DNA from: Bifidobacterium callimiconis
GTDB lineage: Bacteria; Actinomycetota; Actinomycetes; Actinomycetales; Bifidobacteriaceae
Length of the DNA: 64,000 bases
Reading direction: 5' to 3'
Assembly (NCBI RefSeq): GCF_003952005.1
Contig: NZ_QXGJ01000007.1
Span: 29,841-93,840 of the forward strand
Position 1 is the stretch's first letter, and every line of letters starts with the position of its first letter. Positions 56,492 through 64,000 of the stretch are shown in pieces. Both the position numbers and the translations under genes were made by a program. The notes below the pieces were generated by a model, which had not been told where the DNA came from, made no database searches, and was given only the letters and a program-made list of their open reading frames with translations.

Positions 56492-56815
56492 ATGCCTTAT
56501 GTTGTTGCCCAGCCGTGCGTGGATGTGAAGGACAAGGCCTGCGTGGACGAATGCCCGGTGGACTGCATCTACGAGGGCCCGCGCACGCTCTACATCAACC
56601 CGAACGAGTGCGTGGACTGCGGCGCATGCGAGCCCGTGTGCCCCACCGAGGCCATCTTCTACGAGGATGATCTTCCCGAGGAGTGGGCCTGGTACAAGGA
56701 CGCCGCAGTGGAATTCTTCGCCGAGGTGGGCGATCAGGGCGGAGCATCCGGCTTCGGCGAGATCGACCACGATCAGGCGCAGGTCGCCGCCCTGCCCCCG
56801 CAGAATCAGGACTGA
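56492..56815 (+). CDS. fdxA: ferredoxin (7Fe type, [3Fe-4S][4Fe-4S])
   Basis: [29 protein letters not shown]…[21 protein letters not shown]…; RBS gaaggagg. Confidence 0.85.
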   Translation: MPYVVAQPCVDVKDKACVDECPVDCIYEGPRTLYINPNECVDCGACEPVCPTEAIFYEDDLPEEWAWYKDAAVEFFAEVGDQGGASGFGEIDHDQAQVAALPPQNQD

Positions 56816-56984
56816 GCGTCAACAGTACAGCGTCCTCGCAATACTCGGATACACACCGTACGATTCCGGCACGATACCTGTCCAGATCCCGCCAAAACGG
56901 GAGAACGGGCACGGTACGTGCCGGAATCTCTTATGATTACGCCCAATACGCATTCATTCGGAAACCCATGAACGGAGGCACCCC

Positions 56985-58130
56985 GTGGGATTCGCACCAT
57001 TCAGCACGCCATACGACTGGTCCCGACTGTCCGCCGCCAAAGCCGTGGCCGCACAGCACCAGGACGGCATGATCGACCTGTCCATCGGTTCGCCGGTCGA
57101 CGACGTGCCCGCCAGCGTCCGCACAGCGCTCGCCGACGCGGCCGATGCCCCGAACGCCTACGGATACCCCGTCACGCGCGGCACCAAACCGTTGCGCGAA
57201 TCGATCACCCGCTGGTTCGCCAAGACCCGCGGCGTGGATCTGAACGCGCTCGGCGCCGGCATCTGCCCCACGGTCGGTTCCAAGGAGGGCGTCTCGCTCA
57301 TGGCTTCGCTGCTTGGCCTCGGCAAGGGCGACGTGGTGGTGCAGCCGCGCATCTCCTACCCGACGTACGAGATCGGCACTCAGTTGGCCGGTGCGGAAAC
57401 GCTGAAGACCGACGTCGCCGACGTGGAATCGTGGGCGCATGTGCCCGGCGTGAAGATGGTGTGGGTCAACTCGCCGTCCAACCCCACCGGCGAAGTGCTC
57501 ACCGCGGCCCAGCTGCGTGCCATCGTCGAGGCGGCGCGACGCATCGGCGCGGTCGTGGTGTCCGACGAATGCTATGCGCTGATGGACTGGCGTGTGGTGA
57601 GTCCGGAACTGACCGCCACCGACTGCATTCTCGGCGACGACGTGTGCGGCGGCGATGCCGAGGGCCTGCTGTGCCTGTACTCGTTGAGCAAGCAGTCCAA
57701 CATGGCCGGCTATCGTACCGCACTGATCGTGGGCGACAACGAGATCGTGGCGCCCATGCTGGAAACCCGCAAGCAGATCGGCCAGATCATCCCAGGGCCG
57801 AGCCAGGCCGCCATGGCCGCAGGACTCGACGATCTGGACGCCGTACTCGACCAGCGTGCGCGCTACCGCGAACGTCTGGAACTGCTCGTGCAGGGGCTGC
57901 GCACGGCCGGATACGAGGCCGTGATGCCCGAAGGTGCGCTCTACGTGTGGGTGAAGGCCATCAGCGGCGACTGCTGGACCGACATCGACGCGCTCGCCAA
58001 GCTTGGCATCATCGTCAGCCCCGGCGAGTTCTACGGGGACAAGGCGTATCTGCGCGTATCCGCCACCGCAACCGACGCCGCGGTCAACGCCGCCGTCGAA
58101 CGTCTTGCCCACGCCTCTCCCGCCGCCTGA
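56985..58130 (+). CDS. dapC: class-I PLP aminotransferase, actinobacterial N-succinyldiaminopimelate aminotransferase (DapC)-like
   Basis: fdxA-adjacent aminotransferase as in other Actinobacteria; SKQSNMAGYR (PLP-lysine region); RBS ggagg + GTG. Confidence 0.55.
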   Translation: MGFAPFSTPYDWSRLSAAKAVAAQHQDGMIDLSIGSPVDDVPASVRTALADAADAPNAYGYPVTRGTKPLRESITRWFAKTRGVDLNALGAGICPTVGSKEGVSLMASLLGLGKGDVVVQPRISYPTYEIGTQLAGAETLKTDVADVESWAHVPGVKMVWVNSPSNPTGEVLTAAQLRAIVEAARRIGAVVVSDECYALMDWRVVSPELTATDCILGDDVCGGDAEGLLCLYSLSKQSNMAGYRTALIVGDNEIVAPMLETRKQIGQIIPGPSQAAMAAGLDDLDAVLDQRARYRERLELLVQGLRTAGYEAVMPEGALYVWVKAISGDCWTDIDALAKLGIIVSPGEFYGDKAYLRVSATATDAAVNAAVERLAHASPAA

Positions 58131-58159
58131 CCTCAGCGTGCCCCCGCCCGAACCCCAGC

Positions 58160-58210
58160 GTGCTCCCTCCAAGGGAGGGAGCTGTCCGCCATCGGCGGAC
58201 TGAGGGAGGG
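58160..58210. repeat. family-A repeat unit
   Basis: gtgctccctccaagggagggagctgtccgccatcggcggactgagggaggg. Confidence 0.8.
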
Positions 58211-58257
58211 CTCCCCAAGCAAAAAGCTCCCATAACCCATTCCATCCCCACATACAG

Positions 58258-58295
58258 AAACGCGCCCCGTCGGCAATCCACCAACGGGGCGCGTT
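58258..58295. terminator. bidirectional hairpin terminator (aacgcgccccgt…acggggcgcgtt)
   Basis: 12-bp GC-rich inverted repeat between convergent dapC-like and HIT genes. Confidence 0.55.
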
Positions 58296-58409
58296 CCACA
58301 AAGGAGAAAATCAGGGAGGAAGGGATACGGGGGAGGGGAGCAGTGACGGGCGAACGTCACCACTCCGTCAATCAATCAGAAATCAATCAGACAATCGAAC
58401 GACGATCGA

Positions 58410-58832
58410 TCAGAGGTTGGCGACGATGGCCTTGGCCAGCTCGTCATACTCGGCATCGGTCAGATGCACACGGTCGGGGTTCATGGCAAAGGTGCCGCCC
58501 CACTCGAACTCGTCGTCCTTGTACTTCGGCACCAGATGGAAGTGCAGATGATGACCGGTGTCGCCGTATGCGCCATAGTTCACTTTGTCCGGGTGGAACG
58601 TGGCGTGCAGGGCCTTGGCCACGCGGTCCACGTCGTCGAAGAAGGCGTTGCGGTCGGCCTCGCTCAGTTCCACGATCTCGGAGACGTGATGCTTGGACGC
58701 CACGATCACGCGGCCCTTGTGGCTCTGCTCCTTGAACAGCACCAGCTTGCTGGCCGGCAGTTCGTAGATCTTGATTCCGAAGGCATCGAGGGCAGCGCCC
58801 TCATCGCAGTATGCACAAGCTTCGTTGCTCAT
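58410..58832 (-). CDS. HIT-family (histidine triad) hydrolase
   Basis: HLHFHLVPK histidine-triad motif; start at MSNEACAYC with RBS gaaaggaa. Confidence 0.8.
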   Translation of the reverse strand: MSNEACAYCDEGAALDAFGIKIYELPASKLVLFKEQSHKGRVIVASKHHVSEIVELSEADRNAFFDDVDRVAKALHATFHPDKVNYGAYGDTGHHLHFHLVPKYKDDEFEWGGTFAMNPDRVHLTDAEYDELAKAIVANL

Positions 58833-59137
58833 TGAAGTTCCTTTCATAAGGTGCGATCTCGTCATGGAGACGCTGATTTCAGCATAGAAAATGCCATGTC
58901 CGTCATCATGTTCGTTGCCATGAGTTGCAACATTGTCAACAAAAGTCAAAAAAAGAGGCAAATGCTGGCAACAAAAGAAAGTGATCTGGCTCACGCTTCC
59001 TATCGTGTGAAGTGTTCAAAGGTTTGCATGGACGCAGACCTTACGGAAAGACGGAATACCACGATCACAGTCACACAGTGGCGGCCTGTGCCGTAGTGTG
59101 CGCGGTGGTCGAAAGGACCGAAGGAGGTTACGAGACC

Positions 59138-60544
59138 ATGGCTTTCATGGATGATGACTACCTGCTGACCACGGATCTGGCCAAGGAGCTGTTCCACGGT
59201 TACGCGGAGAGCATGCCGATCGTGGACTACCACTGCCATCTGCATCCGGAGGAGATCTACAAGGATCCGAACTTCAAGGACATCGTCGAGGCGTGGCTCA
59301 CCGACGGCAACAACTACGGCGACCATTACAAGTGGCGTCTGGAGCGTGCCAACGGCGTGCCGGAGGAGCTCATCACCGGCAACGGCGATCCGTGGGACAA
59401 GTTCTATGCCTACGCGCAGACCATGGAGAAGGCCATCGGTTCCCCGGTCTACATGTGGACCCATCAGGAGCTGCGCCGCTACTTCGGCATCACCGACGAA
59501 CTGAACACCAAGACCGCCAAGGCGATCTACGAGAAGACCAACGAAATGCTGGCCACCCCGGAGTTCTCCCGTCGTTCGCTGCTGCGTCGCATGAACCTCG
59601 ACACCATCTGCACCACCGATGATCCGGTCGATTCCCTCGAGTACCACATCGCGTTCGAGAAGGATGGCGGCGACACCTTCAAGATGATCCCGGCCATGCG
59701 CCCGGACAAGGCCCTGAACCCGGACAAGCCCGGCTTCTCCGAGTGGGTCGATCAGCTCGAGCAGGTCACCGGCGACACCGTCAACTCCTTCGACGACATG
59801 ATGGCCGCCATCAACAAGCGCGTCGACTTCTTCCACGAGCACGGCTCCCGCCTGTCCGATCACGCTGCCGACCTGATGCTGTATGCGCCGTCCACCGCGG
59901 CCGAGCGCGACGCGATCCTCGCTAAGGCCCGCGCCGGCGAGCCGCTGACCCTCGAAGAGGTCACCAAGTACCGCACCCAGCTGTTCCTGGACCTCATGAA
60001 GATCTACCACGCCCACGGCTGGACCATGCAGCTGCACATCCACGCCATGCGCAACATCAACGAGCGCGAGTTCGGCATCCACGGCGCCGACACCGGCTAC
60101 GATTCGATCAACGATCGTTCCATCGCCGAGCCGCTGGCCGCCCTGCTCAACGAGGCCGCCAAGACCGACTCCATCCCGAAGATGCTCATCTACTCGCTCA
60201 ACCCGAACGACTACCTGGCCATCACCACCATCATGGGATGCTTCCAGGGCGGCATGAAGCAGCGCATGGCCCTGGGCAACGCCTGGTGGTTCAACGACAC
60301 CCGCACCGGCATCCGCAAGCAGATCCAGACCATGGCCGAGGGTTCCCTGCTGGGCAACTTCGTGGGCATGACCACGGACTCCCGCTCGTTCCTGAGCTTC
60401 CCGCGCCACGAGTTCTTCCGCCGCATTCTGTGCGAGCAGCTGGGCGAGTGGGCCTCCCGCGGCGAGATCCCGTCGGATCTCGACACCCTGGCTCCGCTGG
60501 TGCAGGACGTCTCCTACAACAACGCCAAGGAGCTCTTCGCCTGA
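59138..60544 (+). CDS. uxaC: glucuronate isomerase (uronate isomerase)
   Basis: Aligns with E. coli UxaC from memory throughout (…DYHCHL…GDHYKWR…TTDDPVDSLE…GFDSINDR…LNPND…WWFND…LTDSRSFLS.PRHEFFRRILC…). Confidence 0.9.
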   Translation: MAFMDDDYLLTTDLAKELFHGYAESMPIVDYHCHLHPEEIYKDPNFKDIVEAWLTDGNNYGDHYKWRLERANGVPEELITGNGDPWDKFYAYAQTMEKAIGSPVYMWTHQELRRYFGITDELNTKTAKAIYEKTNEMLATPEFSRRSLLRRMNLDTICTTDDPVDSLEYHIAFEKDGGDTFKMIPAMRPDKALNPDKPGFSEWVDQLEQVTGDTVNSFDDMMAAINKRVDFFHEHGSRLSDHAADLMLYAPSTAAERDAILAKARAGEPLTLEEVTKYRTQLFLDLMKIYHAHGWTMQLHIHAMRNINEREFGIHGADTGYDSINDRSIAEPLAALLNEAAKTDSIPKMLIYSLNPNDYLAITTIMGCFQGGMKQRMALGNAWWFNDTRTGIRKQIQTMAEGSLLGNFVGMTTDSRSFLSFPRHEFFRRILCEQLGEWASRGEIPSDLDTLAPLVQDVSYNNAKELFA

Positions 60545-60745
60545 TCCACCTGAATCGACGTTCGCGCCGATTCGAGAAATCAAGAGAGAACGATCGTTCC
60601 GACGGCACGTGTCGATGCGCTTCCGATCGCGTCGATACGGCCGTCGGCCGGTTTCATAACTGAATATCGCAAAACTGAAGAAGAAAAGGAAGGACCGCAA
60701 CGACATCGTCGCCGTTGCGGGTTGTTATCAAAAGGTGAAAATACG

Positions 60746-62167
60746 ATGACTAGTGCAGTACAGGAAAAGGCCGAAGCGATTAACGGCCAGAAGAAGCTGA
60801 GCTGGCGAGAGAAGATCGGCTACGGCTTCGGCGATCTCGGCAACGGCTTCATGTTCGATCTGGGACAGGCCTACCTGACCAAGTTCTACACCGACGTCGC
60901 GCTGATCAACCCCGGCATGGTCGCCACGATCATGGCCACGACCAAGATCTACGACGCCTTCATGGACCCGATCGCCGGTGCGTTCGTCGACAGCCGTAAG
61001 ATCGGCAAGCACGGCAAGTTCCGTCCGGTCATGATGGTCGGCGCCATCGTGCTGTCCATCCTGACGATCATCACGTTCACCATGCCCGACTTCCCGATGT
61101 GGGGACGCATCGCCTACGCGTTCGTCACCTACATGGCCTGGGGCACCTGCTATTCGTTTACCAACCTGCCGTACGTGGGTCTCGCGAACGTCATGACCCG
61201 TGACGTCGACGAACGTGCGCAGCTGGCCACCACCCGTCAGGCCGGTTCGCTGGGCGCCCAGTGGATCACCGGCGTGGCCTTCATCCCGATCATCCTGCTG
61301 TTCTCCGATTCCAACGGCAAGGTCACCACGTTCCATGGCTATGCCGTGGCGGCCACGATCATGGCCCTGCTCGGCGTCTGCTGCTTCGCCGTCACCTTCT
61401 TCAGCTGCAAGGAGCACATCCAGGTTAACCGTGAGAAGACCGGCGACAAGGAGAAGGAAGGCGTCGGCGCTTACATCAAGGTGGTCTTTACCAATAAGCC
61501 GCTGCTCGCCATCATTCTGATGACCCTGTTCACCATCTCCGCCATGAACACCAACAACGCCATGATGCTGTACTTCGCCGAGTACAATCTGGGCAACATG
61601 GGTCTGCAGCCGGTGATCAACGCCATCCAGATGGGCTGCTCCATCGTGGCCATCCTCTCCATCCCGTTCCTGGTCAAGAAGTTCGGTAAGAAGCAGGTCG
61701 CCGTGGTCTGCTTCGTCGTGGGCGCCGTCGCCAACCTGATCAACTACTTCCTGCCGACCAACCTCGTCACCTTCATCATCTTCGTGACCATCGGCTACGT
61801 GTGCCTCGCCATCCCGAACGGCATCACCTGGGCCTTCGTCAACGACGTGATCGACTACGGCGAGTGGCACACCGGCATCCGTAAGGAAGGCATCACCGTC
61901 GCCGCATTCAACTTCTCCCGTAAGCTCGCTCAGTCCCTGGCCGCCGTCATCACCGCCGGCATCCTGGGCATCACCGGCTACGTCGCCAACCAGGTGCAGT
62001 CTCAGGCCACCCTGAACGGCATCAAGGGCGCAATGACCCTGTACCCGGCCGTGGCTCTGTTCGCCGCCATGCTGATCATCTTCTTCCTCTACGGTCTGAC
62101 CGACGACAAGTACCGCAAGATCGCCGATGATCTGAACAACGGCAAGTGGGAGAAGGGCAACCTCTGA
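60746..62167 (+). CDS. GPH-family hexuronide/glucuronide transporter
   Basis: GPH N-terminus (…EKIGYGFGDLGNGFMFDLGQAYLTKFYTDV…); immediately downstream of uxaC. Confidence 0.8.
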   Translation: MTSAVQEKAEAINGQKKLSWREKIGYGFGDLGNGFMFDLGQAYLTKFYTDVALINPGMVATIMATTKIYDAFMDPIAGAFVDSRKIGKHGKFRPVMMVGAIVLSILTIITFTMPDFPMWGRIAYAFVTYMAWGTCYSFTNLPYVGLANVMTRDVDERAQLATTRQAGSLGAQWITGVAFIPIILLFSDSNGKVTTFHGYAVAATIMALLGVCCFAVTFFSCKEHIQVNREKTGDKEKEGVGAYIKVVFTNKPLLAIILMTLFTISAMNTNNAMMLYFAEYNLGNMGLQPVINAIQMGCSIVAILSIPFLVKKFGKKQVAVVCFVVGAVANLINYFLPTNLVTFIIFVTIGYVCLAIPNGITWAFVNDVIDYGEWHTGIRKEGITVAAFNFSRKLAQSLAAVITAGILGITGYVANQVQSQATLNGIKGAMTLYPAVALFAAMLIIFFLYGLTDDKYRKIADDLNNGKWEKGNL

Positions 62168-62246
62168 TCCGATTTGATCTTCGGATCCGACTCCGGTTTG
62201 CTTCCGTCAGGTCGCTGACCTGACCCCAATAACCGCATATCCTCTA

Positions 62247-62296
62247 GGCCTCTGGTCCATGCGCTGCCTCCCGGCGCTGGGCCAGAGGCCTTTTTG
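62247..62296 (+). terminator. rho-independent terminator (aggcctctggtcca…tgggccagaggcct + TTTTT)
   Basis: Read directly. Confidence 0.7.
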
Positions 62297-62302
62297 CGTG
62301 TG

Positions 62303-62429
62303 TTCCCTCCCTCTGTCACGACATGCGTCGTGACATCTCCCTCCCCAGGAGGGAGAACGCCGAAATCCCCTTTGTATGTGCTCCCTCCGTGGGAGGGAGC
62401 TGTCCGGCAACGCCGGACTGAGGGAGGGA
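62303..62429. repeat. family-A long repeat
   Basis: tccctccctctgtcacgac…gtcgtgacatctccctcc + gtgctccctccgtgggagggagctgtccggcaacgccggactgagggaggg. Confidence 0.8.
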
Positions 62430-62464
62430 TCCAGCACCGTCAGCGCTCACTCTGACCTTCTCGC

Positions 62465-63949
62465 TCACTCCTCCCCAGTCCGGTGCGTCCCCCGCGGTCT
62501 GCGCAATCCCAACCGCACCGCATCGCTGCCATACCGCTGACGAATCGAATCCAACGCCTTTTCCGCCTGACTCATCCGCACGGCATTCACGCTTTTGATC
62601 GTCGCGTTCGTCATATGATCGCGGACGTCGTCGGCATTGTCGCTGGCGTTGCCGCCGCTCCGTCCGTGTTTGCCGGCCATGCCGGTATGTCCGCCATCAT
62701 CGCTGCCGCCATGCCTTCTCGTACTCTCGGCAACACGTGTCGTTCGTCCACCCGCCGAATCCGGGTTCCTATCGGCATCCTCCTCCGCCAGCAGATCGTC
62801 GAAACTCGCCTGCACCGGCGTCGTCGCCGTATCGGCAAGTCCGGAAACGCTCACCCCGGCAAGTCGCACCGGTCGGGGGAGATGCCGTCCGTCATCGGAC
62901 GCCGAGCCCTCCGGCATGCCCAACATGCGTTCCAGCAGTCGCACACTCTCCGGATAGATCGCGCTCGCCGTGGTCACCGGGGTCTCCACGGTATGCGACT
63001 TGGTCGAATATGACAGATCAGCGAACCGTAGTTTTACGGTGATCGTACGTGCCATGAGCCGCTTGCCCCGCAACGTGGACGCCACGCGATCGGCACCCCA
63101 CAGCAGCAGACTCGTCACCTCGCCGGCGGTGACGGCATCCCGATCGAAGGTGCGTTCCGCGCCGATGGACTTTTCCGGGGAGACCGGCGTCACCGCACGC
63201 TCGTCAAGTCCTCGGGCCGCCAGATACAGCGAATGGGCGTGCGTGGCGGAACCGCAGGCTTGCGCGATCTCCGTCTCGCTGAGTTCGGCCAGCTGTGCGA
63301 CCGTGGTCACGCCCCAATGCTCAAGCCGCCTGCCGAGCGCCGGGCCCACGCCGGGAATCGATCGCAATGGCAGCAGCTGTACGAATTCGGCCTGACGCGC
63401 TACCGGGATCAGCAGCATGCCGTTGGGCTTGGCGTTGGTGGACGCCAGCTTGGCCACGAGCTTGTTCGACGCCACGCCCACCGAACAGGTGAGTCCGAAG
63501 TTGCGGGCCACTTCGGAGCGCAGCCATGCGCCGATCGCCGTGGGACGCTCCCAACGACGCAGCGCCCCCGACACGTCCATATAGCATTCGTCCACCGACA
63601 CGCGTTCGATGCGATCGGTCACCTGGCCGAACAGTGCGAACACACGTCGGGAGATCTCCCGGTAATACGCCATATCTACGGGCAGAAAAACGCCTTGTGG
63701 GCACAGTCGTCGTGCCGTGGCCGTGGGCATGGCCGAGTTCACGCCGAACGGTCGTGCCTCGTAGCTGGCCGCCGACACCACCGATCGGGGACCGGTGCCG
63801 ATGATCACCGGTTTGCCTTTGAGCTCGGGGTGTCGAGCGATCTCGCAGGAGGCGAAGAAGGCGTCCATGTCGATGTGCAGCGTGGTGCAGCCCGTCTCGT
63901 CATGACCCCAGTCTCGTTTGGCGGCGGCAAGACGTGGCGAAGTACTCAT
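62465..63949 (-). CDS. dinB: DNA polymerase IV (Y-family) with extended C-terminal tail
   Basis: …LHIDMDAFFASCE…GKPV.IGTG…SVDECYMD… UmuC/DinB core. Confidence 0.85.
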   Translation of the reverse strand: MSTSPRLAAAKRDWGHDETGCTTLHIDMDAFFASCEIARHPELKGKPVIIGTGPRSVVSAASYEARPFGVNSAMPTATARRLCPQGVFLPVDMAYYREISRRVFALFGQVTDRIERVSVDECYMDVSGALRRWERPTAIGAWLRSEVARNFGLTCSVGVASNKLVAKLASTNAKPNGMLLIPVARQAEFVQLLPLRSIPGVGPALGRRLEHWGVTTVAQLAELSETEIAQACGSATHAHSLYLAARGLDERAVTPVSPEKSIGAERTFDRDAVTAGEVTSLLLWGADRVASTLRGKRLMARTITVKLRFADLSYSTKSHTVETPVTTASAIYPESVRLLERMLGMPEGSASDDGRHLPRPVRLAGVSVSGLADTATTPVQASFDDLLAEEDADRNPDSAGGRTTRVAESTRRHGGSDDGGHTGMAGKHGRSGGNASDNADDVRDHMTNATIKSVNAVRMSQAEKALDSIRQRYGSDAVRLGLRRPRGTHRTGEE

Positions 63950-64000
63950 GACTCCATGGTAGCGAGCGCGTGTGGGACTGGCGGAGTGCGGGACGGAGCC

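Overview
High-GC (~60-62 %) actinobacterial chromosome segment. GroES, L10, L7/L12 and GH/LacI/GPH gene content point to Bifidobacteriaceae; I cannot name the species from sequence alone.

The first ~31 kb is a carbohydrate-utilisation accessory region. It holds two paralogous GH31 hydrolases, each preceded by a GPH-type sugar transporter (a duplicated module). It also holds four LacI-family repressors (two in tandem), an MFS permease, an esterase, a MATE exporter, a clan GH-A (GH79-like) hydrolase and a DMT permease. Inside it sits a glucuronide set: a GH2 enzyme, a GPH transporter and a clear beta-glucuronidase (UidA homologue, aligned from memory against E. coli GusA). A second hexuronate pair, uxaC plus a GPH transporter, lies at 59-62 kb.

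The remainder is housekeeping:
- an SPFH protein, an Arc-like RHH protein, the rplJ leader, rplJ and rplL;
- an FHA protein followed by a 1245-aa Upf1-like helicase homologue with a REase-like C-terminus, whose Walker A, DExx and motif VI positions appear degenerate;
- an FmdB zinc-ribbon protein, an SAF protein, 5-FCL and a GNAT protein;
- CIRCE-groES;
- a MoxR / DUF58 / transglutaminase(TgpA)-like operon;
- tRNA-Tyr/Thr/Met followed by rpmG;
- murB, an APC permease, fdxA, a DapC-like aminotransferase, a HIT protein and dinB.

The most striking non-genic content is threefold:
1. An extremely dense family of nested-palindrome intergenic repeats: about 18 clusters in three sub-types. One copy lies in-frame inside the DUF58 coding sequence.
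2. A perfectly periodic array of four 36-bp hairpins with 16-bp spacers at 7455-7646.
3. A recurring TGGAAAA-N3-TGGAAAA direct-repeat motif upstream of several sugar-utilisation genes.

All calls are from manual reading of the ORF translations and the DNA. No database searches were run.
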